Origin: an uncultured Verrucomicrobiae bacterium
GTDB lineage: Bacteria; Verrucomicrobiota; Verrucomicrobiia; Palsa-1439
Direction of reading: 5' to 3'
Assembly (NCBI GenBank): GCA_963812605.1
Contig: CAWEWF010000014.1
Span: forward strand, 384,001-448,000
DNA length: 64,000 nucleotides
Below are positions 20,245-28,187 of the stretch, one piece after another. The position numbers and the translations under genes are program-made. Under the pieces are notes generated by a model that saw only the letters and a program-made list of their open reading frames with translations, ran no database searches and was not told the DNA's origin. The number at the start of each line of letters is the position of its first letter. Positions within the stretch are counted from its first letter, which is position 1.

Positions 20245-20716
20245 TTATGGAGACTTGGCGCCCGAGGCGGTGGCTTTCTCGATCTGGGCTTTGATGTCCG
20301 GCGGTTCGGTGGCTGAGGCAATTACTTTGTCCTCGGAAAACACCTGGACGGAATAGCCCAGGGCTTTGCCGTCCGCGCTGTCAGTATCGAACTCGTACGT
20401 CTTGCCGATTTCGACGTCCACGGTCTTTTCTCCCTGGGGCGCGGTGTATTTTTTGTCCGGGGTTTGCGCCAGGGTTTTCCATTCTACGCGGAGGCTTTTC
20501 AACGGCTTGTTGCCGGCGTTTTGGATGCTGATGGTGTAATGAGCCGAGGCGGGATCCCCGCGCACGGCCATGGTCGAGTCGCCCTTCTTGTTATATTTCT
20601 GCACCTTCATCACCGAGAGGCGGACGAGTTGGACCTGGGCCTCGGACGACTGTGGTCGTAGACGCCAGGAACAAAGAAATCGCCCCGACTGCAAAACAAG
20701 TATTCATCGTTCTCAT
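20245..20716 (-). CDS. Hypothetical secreted protein (frameshift near 20640)
   Basis: GGAG-preceded MRTMNTCFAVGAISLFLASTTTVVR signal peptide joins the QVQLVRLS frame after removing one base. Confidence 0.55.
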
Positions 20717-20864
20717 AAGCTCACTCCGTCCAGCCTGTAAACCGATTCACTTATACGCTTGTCGAATTCTCGCCGACAAGTGTTTTCGATTATGCGGGAC
20801 TCACAGTGTTTCTCGAATACAGAAGCTTTCATTGGTTGCGGACTTGTAGTAAATAGGCGGTGTT

Positions 20865-21361
20865 ATGAAAAATCTATGTGCTTACCTCGTTCTTGCAAGC
20901 GCTACGGTCTTCTGGTCGGGCTGCGCCAATCAACACAGGCTGGTCCTCAATCCGGTTGGGCGGCTCCCCAAATCTCCGGTACCGGCGTCAACGGCACACT
21001 CGTGGTTTTCTCGGCGTATGCGGTTACATCGCCCGGCGTGGGTGACTTTGAGCACCGCCAGCATTATTCGGATTACAAAATCCTATCCGAGGACGGGAAA
21101 ATCCTCCAAACCGTCCATAACGATCGCGGTACCATGATGAAGGAAGCATCGCGAGTGCATTTGCCCGCCGGGAAGTACCGGATCGTCGCCAACGCCAATG
21201 GTTACGGAACCGTCATCGTGCCCGTGGTGATTGCCACGAACCAAACGACCCTGTTGCATCTTGAGGGCGGTTATTCCTGGCCGAGCGATGCGGCGCTCAA
21301 CCAGGCGAATTCCGTGCGCCTGCCCGACGGAGAAATTGTCGGCTGGCGAGCCACAGAGTAG
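20865..21361 (+). CDS. Hypothetical lipoprotein (frameshift near 20960)
   Basis: Lipobox FWSG-C at residue 20; continues in the frame APQISGTGVNGTLVVFSAY...GKYRIVANANGYG. Confidence 0.6.
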
Positions 21362-21476
21362 AATCTCCCGCACGGCAACGAGCTATGAAGTTGGGTGGGT
21401 TCGCGCGGCGGAAAAGCGCGCGATAATCTTCGGGGCTGACAAGCCCGGGGCGGTGTGCTACACGTAGCGGCCTTTT

Positions 21477-22121
21477 ATGCAATGGATTCACCAATTCGCC
21501 GATCTGTTCCTGCATCTGGACAAGCATCTGAATGACGCGATGCAGACGCATGGGACGGCCTGGACCTACACGATTTTGTTCCTCATCATTTTTTGTGAGA
21601 CGGGACTGGTAGTGACGCCGTTCTTGCCGGGCGATTCGCTCCTGTTTGCCGCGGGAGCGCTGGCGGCGGCGGCAGGCAGCCCGTTAAGCGTGGCGTGGCT
21701 GTGTGGATTGCTTTGCGCGGCTGCCATTGGGGGAAACACAGTGAATTACTCGGTCGGCCGGCTTTTTGGTGACAAGCTGGCGGCGAAGTTCCCGCGAATC
21801 GTGAAGAAGGAGTACCTCGACAAGACGCACGCCTTCTACGAAAAATATGGCGGCGAGACGATCATTATCACGCGGTTCGTGCCGATTGTGCGAACGTTCG
21901 CGCCGTTCGTGGCGGGCGTGGGGCACATGACGTACCTGAGGTTCAGCGCCTATAATTTTGTGGGGGGAGTCTTGTGGGTGGGGTTGCTGCTGTTTGGCGG
22001 TTACTGGTTCGGGCAATTGGAATTTGTGAAGGCGCACTTTGGCATTGTGGAAGTGGCGATCATTTTTATCTCGATCCTGCCGATGGTGATTGAGTACTTG
22101 CGTCACCGCCAGAAAGTGTGA
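21477..22121 (+). CDS. dedA: DedA family membrane protein
   Basis: IIFCETGLVVTPFLPGDSLLF, RFVPIVRTFAPFVAG. Confidence 0.95.
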   Translation: MQWIHQFADLFLHLDKHLNDAMQTHGTAWTYTILFLIIFCETGLVVTPFLPGDSLLFAAGALAAAAGSPLSVAWLCGLLCAAAIGGNTVNYSVGRLFGDKLAAKFPRIVKKEYLDKTHAFYEKYGGETIIITRFVPIVRTFAPFVAGVGHMTYLRFSAYNFVGGVLWVGLLLFGGYWFGQLEFVKAHFGIVEVAIIFISILPMVIEYLRHRQKV

Positions 22122-22144
22122 TTAAGTAACGAGTCACCCACAGT

Positions 22145-22222
22145 CGGGACGTAGCGCAGTTTGGCTAGCGCGCTTGGTTCGGGACCAAGAGGTCGCGGGT
22201 TCAAATCCCGCCGTCCCGACCA
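22145..22222 (+). tRNA. tRNA-Pro (anticodon CGG)
   Basis: Acceptor CGGGACG/CGTCCCG, anticodon arm CTTGG-TTCGGGA-CCAAG, T arm GCGGG-TTCAAAT-CCCGC, encoded CCA. Confidence 0.96.
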
Positions 22223-22240
22223 TCTTCTCAAGATGGTCGA

Positions 22241-22510
22241 ATGCAGGATACCGCCGTATATGTGTATGTACTCTGTAGCGTAAATGACGACTGGTACTAC
22301 GTCGGCTGTTCGACCGACCCGCAACGCAGGTTCATCGAGCACAATTCCGGAAAGAGCAAATCCACGCGTCATCATCGGCCCTATCAGTTGGCCTACACGG
22401 AGCAATTTCCGAATTTGTCGGCTGCACGCAAGCGAGAGCAAGAGATCAAACGGAAGAAGAGCCGTCGGTATATTGACTGGCTGATTGCGGGGCGAATCGG
22501 AGCGGTGTGA
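22241..22510 (+). CDS. Small GIY-YIG nuclease family protein (UPF0213-like)
   Basis: VYVYVL.S, YYVG.S.D..RR..EHN.G..KST...RP..L.Y.E, A.KRE..IK. Confidence 0.9.
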   Translation: MQDTAVYVYVLCSVNDDWYYVGCSTDPQRRFIEHNSGKSKSTRHHRPYQLAYTEQFPNLSAARKREQEIKRKKSRRYIDWLIAGRIGAV

Positions 22511-22515
22511 AGTTC

Positions 22516-22574
22516 GCGCGCCCCGAAAGCTTTCGGGGAGGTCGTCCCGACGGATGTCGGGACCGTCCCGACCA
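22516..22574 (+). pseudogene. Partial tRNA-Pro copy with anticodon and T arms replaced by palindromes
   Basis: GCGCG|CCCCGAAAGCTTTCGGGG|AGGTC|GTCCCGACGGATGTCGGGAC|CGTCCCGACCA aligns to tRNA GCGCG|anticodon arm|AGGTC|T arm|CGTCCCGACCA. Confidence 0.8.
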
Positions 22575-22591
22575 TCTTCCCAAGATGGTCG

Positions 22592-23419
22592 CTAGTGCGG
22601 GAGCCAAACGGGCTTGCCCTGGAATTTGAACCCTTTGTGTTCAAGTGCCTTGATCAATTTGCCAAGCCAGTGCAGCAACATGTCGAACCGCCGGAACAAG
22701 GCGTCTTCGGATTTGCGCTCGCTGTCGGCGCCACCGGAAAGGAGCGAGGTCGATCCGGTCTGCTGGACATGAATCCCGCGCGAGCGGCGTGAAAGTTCCG
22801 TTTTCCAGCGCTCCAGCGCCACCAGTCGCGCTTCGAGGGTGTAATCAACCGGCTTGATTTTTTTCAGCACTTCCTTGTCCGCCGTGGTCAACTGCCCGTG
22901 CTTGACGAACGTATCGACGATCACCGGACACAGGCGTTCCACCGCTTCGAGATGCTCGAACGCAGGCGGCACGGCGGCGGCCGGAGCTTCGGGAAGGGCT
23001 GCCGGCGGCGCGGACGGTGCGGCCATCTTGACCGGTTCAGGGGCGGGGCCAAACGATTTGATCAGGCCGGTGCTCGCACGATGTCCACCGACATGCAACA
23101 CCTTGACGGCGCCATGCTCGGCCTTCAATTCCAGGTCGATTTCCTCCGGCGTGGCGATGGTCAGCGTGAGTGTTTGGGCCGATGGATCGATGGTCGAGCG
23201 CAGCGATTTCGCCCGGAACAACTCTTGCAGGCCTTCGACGTTATGGGCATTCTGGAAGCCGATGATGTCGAGGTGGGTCATGGCGTCGACCACGAGCAAC
23301 ACGTCATCGCCGGGCGGTGTGAGGTGCACGTTGAGGGTATTGTGGATGGCCAGCGAAAGCTGGTCAAGATTCGGATGCTTCTGCCCGCCGCTGCCGAACA
23401 TTCCGCCGAATAGTGCCAT
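22592..23419 (-). CDS. Hypothetical protein, two domains with a Pro/Ala linker
   Basis: 275-aa ORF, strong RBS (AAGGAG) before ATG; no family recognised. Confidence 0.75.
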   Translation of the reverse strand: MALFGGMFGSGGQKHPNLDQLSLAIHNTLNVHLTPPGDDVLLVVDAMTHLDIIGFQNAHNVEGLQELFRAKSLRSTIDPSAQTLTLTIATPEEIDLELKAEHGAVKVLHVGGHRASTGLIKSFGPAPEPVKMAAPSAPPAALPEAPAAAVPPAFEHLEAVERLCPVIVDTFVKHGQLTTADKEVLKKIKPVDYTLEARLVALERWKTELSRRSRGIHVQQTGSTSLLSGGADSERKSEDALFRRFDMLLHWLGKLIKALEHKGFKFQGKPVWLPH

Positions 23420-23519
23420 AAATGCTCCTTCCGGGGTAACAAGCCTACTTTACCGCTAACGCCCGTTGCGAAGCAAGCTCACAATCGGATGGGTGGTATC
23501 CCATTACTCTGCCCTTCGC

Positions 23520-23548
23520 TTGACTGGGTTGCAGTTTGTCGATAGTCT
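23520..23548 (+). promoter_or_regulatory. sigma70-type promoter of the acyP-ABC operon
   Basis: TTGACT-N17-TAGTCT, 14 bp before the ATG. Confidence 0.65.
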
Positions 23549-23562
23549 GACAGCTTGAGTTT

Positions 23563-23838
23563 ATGCGGAAGCGTGCGACGGTCTTTTACACGGGCAGGGT
23601 GCAAGGGGTCGGGTTTCGTTACACCGCGCGCGAAATCGCTTGTGGATATGAACTGACGGGATATGTCCGTAACCTGGATGACGGGCGTGTGGAGCTGGTG
23701 GCCGAGGGCGTGGAGGAAGAGGTCAAGGCGTTCCTGCAAGCGGTGCATGCCAGCCAGCTTGGCAGCCACATTCGCAATACGGACGTGAATTGGAGAGAGG
23801 CCGCGGAAGAATTCCGCGGCTTCGACATACGATACTGA
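23563..23838 (+). CDS. acyP: Acylphosphatase
   Basis: GRVQGVGFR, GYVRNLDDGRVE. Confidence 0.95.
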   Translation: MRKRATVFYTGRVQGVGFRYTAREIACGYELTGYVRNLDDGRVELVAEGVEEEVKAFLQAVHASQLGSHIRNTDVNWREAAEEFRGFDIRY

Positions 23839-24702
23839 TGGACGCGATTCGAACAGAACAACTGACCAAGAAATACGATTTGGGCTGGCACAAGGGCCGG
23901 CTGCTGGCGCTGGACAAGCTCAACTTGCGCGTGCACGAGGGCGAAGTCTACGGCCTGCTCGGGCCCAACGGCTCGGGCAAGAGCACGACGCTGAAGCTGA
24001 TCCTCGACCTGATCTCGCCAACCGAGGGGAGCGCCTGGCTTTTTGACATCCCCTGCGACAAGGTGGTATCGCGGTTGCATGTTGGGTTTCTTCCCGAGAA
24101 CCCCTATTTCTATCGATACCTGACCGGCGCCGAGACGCTGGTGTTTTACGGGGAACTCTGCGGCATGGGAGGCGCGTCGCTGAAAAAGCGCATCGGGGAG
24201 TTGCTGGATCTGGTCGGCCTGGCTCGGGCCCGGGACCGTGCGACTCTCGGGCTATTCGAAGGGCATGTTGCAGCGCATCGGGTTGGCCCAGGCGCTCATT
24301 CACGATCCCAAGCTCCTGTTGCTTGACGAACCAACCGCCGGCGTGGATCCCATTGGCAGCCGGGACATTCGCGACCTGATTCTGCGGTTGAAGGGCATGG
24401 GCAAAACGGTTTTGCTCAGTTCCCATTTGCTCGCCCAGGTGCAGGACGTGTGTGACCGCATCGGTGTGCTGAACCTCGGACAGATGATCTTGGAAGGCGA
24501 TGTCCAGTCGCTCATCAGCGATCAACGGCGGCTGAGCATTACCGTGCAAGATTTGCCGGAGTCTGCTCGGGCGCGGGTCGAGGAGGCCGTGCGAACTGCT
24601 GGCGCGTCGATCGTGTCGGTGGAGCATCCGCAGACGACGCTGGAAACGTTGTTTCTGGAAGCACTCAAGAAAGATGAACGCGGGATGGGACATCATGACT
24701 GA
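23838..24702 (+). CDS. ABC transporter ATP-binding protein (frameshift near 24237)
   Basis: Walker A GPNGSGKST in the first frame; YSKGMLQR, LLLDEP, SSH in the second. Confidence 0.88.
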
Positions 24703-25609
24703 AGTTACTGCTGTCGCCGCACCATCGGTAAGCCACGAACACGAGCGGGTCGGGTTTTCCCTGAAACGCGTCAGCGTGATTGGCGTGAACACGTTGACCG
24801 AGGCGATCCGGCAGAAAGTGTTTATCTTTCTGCTGGTCATCGGTTTGGTGTTCATCGCGCTGGCGATTTTTTTCGCGCAGTACAATCTTGGTGAACAGGA
24901 GCAAATCAAGGTCATCAAGGATACTTGCCTCGGCGTCATTTCGGTCATCAGCACTTTGATTGCGATCGTAGGAACCGCGCAGTTGTTGCCGAGTGAGGTG
25001 GAGAACCGGACGATCTACACGATCCTGGCCAAACCGGTGCGGCGCTTCGAGTTTTTGCTCGGTAAGTTTTACGGCAGCGTGCTGCTGCTGGTGTTGAGCA
25101 TCGTGGCCATGTCTTTGATGTTCAGCGCGGTGCTGTGGGTCAAGGAACAGGGCATGATCCGCGAGTTGAGCCAGACCTACCTTGGCGAGACCCACGATGC
25201 CACCGAGGAAGCCAACCGGCAGATCCAGCAACTTAAAATTGCGGTGCTCGATATGAATTTGGTGAAGGCGGTGGTAGCGGACCTGGTGAAGGCGGTACTG
25301 GTGGCGTCGATTACATTGCTCGTGTCGACCTTCTCAACGTCCCTGGTCTTTAACGTGGCGGTGCCGTTTATGATTTACATTGCGGGAATGTTGCGCGGGA
25401 CGGCCGTCGAGATGTGGGGCAGCCATCGGCTGGCCATGGCGGTGCTGGCGATTGTACCGGACTTCGGATTGTTTAGCCTGGCTGACGACATCAATCTCGG
25501 TAATCTCGTGCCGTGGACGCACGTCAGCCAGCTCATCGTTTACGGACTCGGGCGAATGCTATTCATTGTCGTCGCTGCCCACCTGATTTTCAGCCGACGT
25601 GAGATTTAG
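24695..25609 (+). CDS. ABC-2 type permease (PilI/NosY-like)
   Basis: NTLTEAIRQK, EVENRTIYTILAKPVRRFEFLLGK, C-terminal FSRREI; TM-rich. Confidence 0.85.
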   Translation: MTEVTAVAAPSVSHEHERVGFSLKRVSVIGVNTLTEAIRQKVFIFLLVIGLVFIALAIFFAQYNLGEQEQIKVIKDTCLGVISVISTLIAIVGTAQLLPSEVENRTIYTILAKPVRRFEFLLGKFYGSVLLLVLSIVAMSLMFSAVLWVKEQGMIRELSQTYLGETHDATEEANRQIQQLKIAVLDMNLVKAVVADLVKAVLVASITLLVSTFSTSLVFNVAVPFMIYIAGMLRGTAVEMWGSHRLAMAVLAIVPDFGLFSLADDINLGNLVPWTHVSQLIVYGLGRMLFIVVAAHLIFSRREI

Positions 25610-25613
25610 GCGC

Positions 25614-26411
25614 ATGCGCAACAAAATCCTCAGTTTCATCCTTCTCGTGGCAATCGGTTTGGTCTTCTTGCCGCTGGAGAACTCTGTCCGCGCGGAGCGA
25701 AGGCTATTGAAGTATGGCGGGGCCCGGGTTTCGATCAAACTCCGTGATGCGATCGGCCAGAACCTCGCGATTGCGCTGCTCGCGGGAATGCGGGGTGTAG
25801 TCGCGGACTTTTTGTGGATCAACGGCCATGGTTACTGGGAAAAGAAAGAGTGGCTCCGCCAGTACGGCAACATCGAGGCCGTGGCTGCGCTGCAGCCGCA
25901 GGCCGTGATGTTTTGGGACCTTGGCCAATGGCACATGGCATGGAACATCGGCTACGGAGTGCTCTCCGACCCGAAAAACCGCACCAAGGCCGAAGGGATC
26001 AAACGCGAGCGTGAATGGCATGAAAAGGCCCGCGAGTTCCTGGAACGCGGCATCGAAAATATCCCGAATCGCTATGATCTGTATTTTACCATGGGCTGGT
26101 TGTATTACGAAAAACTGAGCAAGGACTGCGACAAACCGCCGTGCCAGGAGGCGTTCTGCAAGGCGGCCGAGTACTTCCGCAAGGCCGCCAGTTTTCCCGA
26201 TGCGCCGCAGTTCGTCGCGCGCTTTTACCCGCGCGCGCTGGAGAAGTGCGGCCAACCAATGGCGGCTTACGAAGAATGGAAGCGCCTGTGGTTCCTCGAC
26301 CACACAAAAGTCCAGCAGTCTTGGAGTGTCATCGAACGCGAAATCCGCGACCTGGAAACCCAATTGCATATTCCCGACGACCAGCGTTTATTTCCTCCAC
26401 CGCTACCATGA
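25614..26411 (+). CDS. Membrane-anchored TPR-like protein
   Basis: N-terminal TM; LAG.RGVVADFLWI, LQP, WHMAWNI, FLERGI.N.P helical repeats. Confidence 0.7.
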   Translation: MRNKILSFILLVAIGLVFLPLENSVRAERRLLKYGGARVSIKLRDAIGQNLAIALLAGMRGVVADFLWINGHGYWEKKEWLRQYGNIEAVAALQPQAVMFWDLGQWHMAWNIGYGVLSDPKNRTKAEGIKREREWHEKAREFLERGIENIPNRYDLYFTMGWLYYEKLSKDCDKPPCQEAFCKAAEYFRKAASFPDAPQFVARFYPRALEKCGQPMAAYEEWKRLWFLDHTKVQQSWSVIEREIRDLETQLHIPDDQRLFPPPLP

Positions 26412-27154
26412 CGACGGCCAAGACAGAACTCCGCTACGCCATCCTGAGCGATATCCATGGCAATCTCGAAGGACTCGAGGCTGTCCTGAAGGATGCGCAG
26501 GAGCAAAAATGCACGCATTACGTTTGCCTCGGTGACATCGTCGGATACGGCCCGAACCCCAAGGAATGCCTCGACATCATCCGCGGCCTCGATTGCCCCG
26601 TCATTATGGGTAATCACGACGAATACTGCGCGTCCGACCTGGATCTGGTGGGTTTCAATGCCATGGCCGCCGAGGCGATTCGCTGGACGCGCGGACAATT
26701 GAGCCCCGAGGACAAGACCTGGTTGCGCGACCTCAAATACGTGCGCAACATCGAGTCGTTTACCATCGTCCACGCGACTCTCGATTTGCCCGAGAGATGG
26801 GCCTACGTCTTCGACCGGCTTTCAGCCCAGGCGAGCTTCAACTACCAGCACACCCCGGTTTGTTTCAACGGTCACACACACGTACCGGTCGCATTCGTCC
26901 GCGGGCCGACCGGCCTCCAGGGCGGCCTCTATTCGAAAATCAAGATCGAGGTGGGCCGCAAATACTTTGTCAATGTCGGTTCCGTCGGCCAGCCGCGTGA
27001 CCGCAATCCCAAGTCCGCCTATGTCATCTTTGATCTCATTGCCAATATCATCGAATTGCGCCGGGTCGATTACGACATCGGGATGACGCAAAAGAAGATT
27101 CGCTCCGCCGGCCTGCCGGAGTCGCTGGCGGAACGCATCGAACACGGTCGTTGA
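26408..27154 (+). CDS. Metallophosphoesterase (calcineurin-like)
   Basis: SDIHGN, LGDIVGYG, GNHD, GHTH, NVGSVGQPRD. Confidence 0.92.
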   Translation: MTTAKTELRYAILSDIHGNLEGLEAVLKDAQEQKCTHYVCLGDIVGYGPNPKECLDIIRGLDCPVIMGNHDEYCASDLDLVGFNAMAAEAIRWTRGQLSPEDKTWLRDLKYVRNIESFTIVHATLDLPERWAYVFDRLSAQASFNYQHTPVCFNGHTHVPVAFVRGPTGLQGGLYSKIKIEVGRKYFVNVGSVGQPRDRNPKSAYVIFDLIANIIELRRVDYDIGMTQKKIRSAGLPESLAERIEHGR

Positions 27155-27159
27155 AATAA

Positions 27160-27188
27160 TTCGTGTTTCTTCGTGTGCCTCCGCGGTT
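27160..27188 (+). repeat. Short ~10-nt periodic intergenic repeat
   Basis: TTCGTGTTTC TTCGTGTGCC TCCGCGGTT. Confidence 0.4.
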
Positions 27189-27202
27189 TACTATCCGCCC
27201 GC

Positions 27203-28156
27203 ATGCGGATTCTCATCATCAAGCCCAGCTCGCTCGGCGACGTGGTCCACGCGCTGCCGACCGTCAACCTGATCCGCCGGAAATTTCCGGAAGCGCACAT
27301 CACGTGGCTGATTAACGAGTCTCTCACTTCGCTGCTCGAGCATTGTCCGGTCATTGACGAACTCCTGCCGTTCGAACGGCAGCGCTTCCGTTCGCCGTGG
27401 CAACTTCCGGCCTTCACTGCGTTCCTTGGCGCGCTGCGGGGCAAGCGCTTCGACGTGGTCGTTGATCTGCAGGGTCTGCTTCGAAGTGGTCTGATGAGTT
27501 GGGCGACCCGGGCGCCTCGCCGCATCGGCCTGGGCGATGCCCGCGAGGGTGCACGGTTCTTCTACAATGAAATCGTCAAAGTCCCGCGCATTCATGCCGT
27601 TGAGCGCTATCTTTGCGCCGCGCGACATCTTGGATGCGATTCAACTCCCATTGAATTTCCCCTGGGAGTCTCCTCGGACGTCAAATGCGAGGGCCTGATT
27701 GGGGTGAATCCATCGGCGCGTTGGGTCACCAAACTCTGGGGGAACGACAAGTTCGCCGAACTCATTCGCCGTCTGCCTCGCGAGCGCGTGGTGCTTACCG
27801 GTTCTGCCGGGGAACGCGAGGAAATCGAGAAGATCGCGCAAGGTTGCCGCAACTCCGCCGGGGAGACCGACCTCTTTCAACTTGCCGGACTTTATCGCCG
27901 TTGCGCCGTCGTCATTACGAATGATAGCGGCCCCATGCACGTGGCCGCAGCCGTCGGCACGCCTGTCGTCGGTATCTTTGGGGCGAGTGACCCGGCGCTC
28001 ACCGGGCCGTACGGCAAGGAGCATGTTGTCTTGCGCGCCGACATTCCTTGTTCTCCCTGCCTTAAGGACCAGTGCACGAACAAAGTCCGCATGGAGTGCA
28101 TGAAATTGGTGACGGTCGATCAGGTCTTGGCAGCAACCAAGGCTTTTCTTGCCTAG
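27203..28156 (+). CDS. ADP-heptose:LPS heptosyltransferase (GT9, WaaC/WaaF-like)
   Basis: ILIIKPSSLGDVVH, DLQGLLRS, HAVERY, NDSGPMHVAAA. Confidence 0.9.
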   Translation: MRILIIKPSSLGDVVHALPTVNLIRRKFPEAHITWLINESLTSLLEHCPVIDELLPFERQRFRSPWQLPAFTAFLGALRGKRFDVVVDLQGLLRSGLMSWATRAPRRIGLGDAREGARFFYNEIVKVPRIHAVERYLCAARHLGCDSTPIEFPLGVSSDVKCEGLIGVNPSARWVTKLWGNDKFAELIRRLPRERVVLTGSAGEREEIEKIAQGCRNSAGETDLFQLAGLYRRCAVVITNDSGPMHVAAAVGTPVVGIFGASDPALTGPYGKEHVVLRADIPCSPCLKDQCTNKVRMECMKLVTVDQVLAATKAFLA

Positions 28157-28187
28157 TGCAAACGTTCGCATTATTCTTCCACCCCTA

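Larger units (their letters stand above)
22211..22591 (+). repeat. 29-bp direct repeat pair flanking the GIY-YIG gene (22211-22239 and 22563-22591)
   Basis: CCGTCCCGACCATCTTC(T/C)CAAGATGGTCG, 28/29 identical; each copy contains a 10-bp-stem hairpin. Confidence 0.9.

Noticed and set aside
22516-22574. Functional second tRNA
   Set aside because: No 5' acceptor strand or D arm, no TTC T-loop and no 7-nt anticodon loop
22241-22591. Prophage remnant or group I intron at tRNA-Pro
   Set aside because: No integrase or phage genes, the tRNA is uninterrupted and there is no room for an intron core
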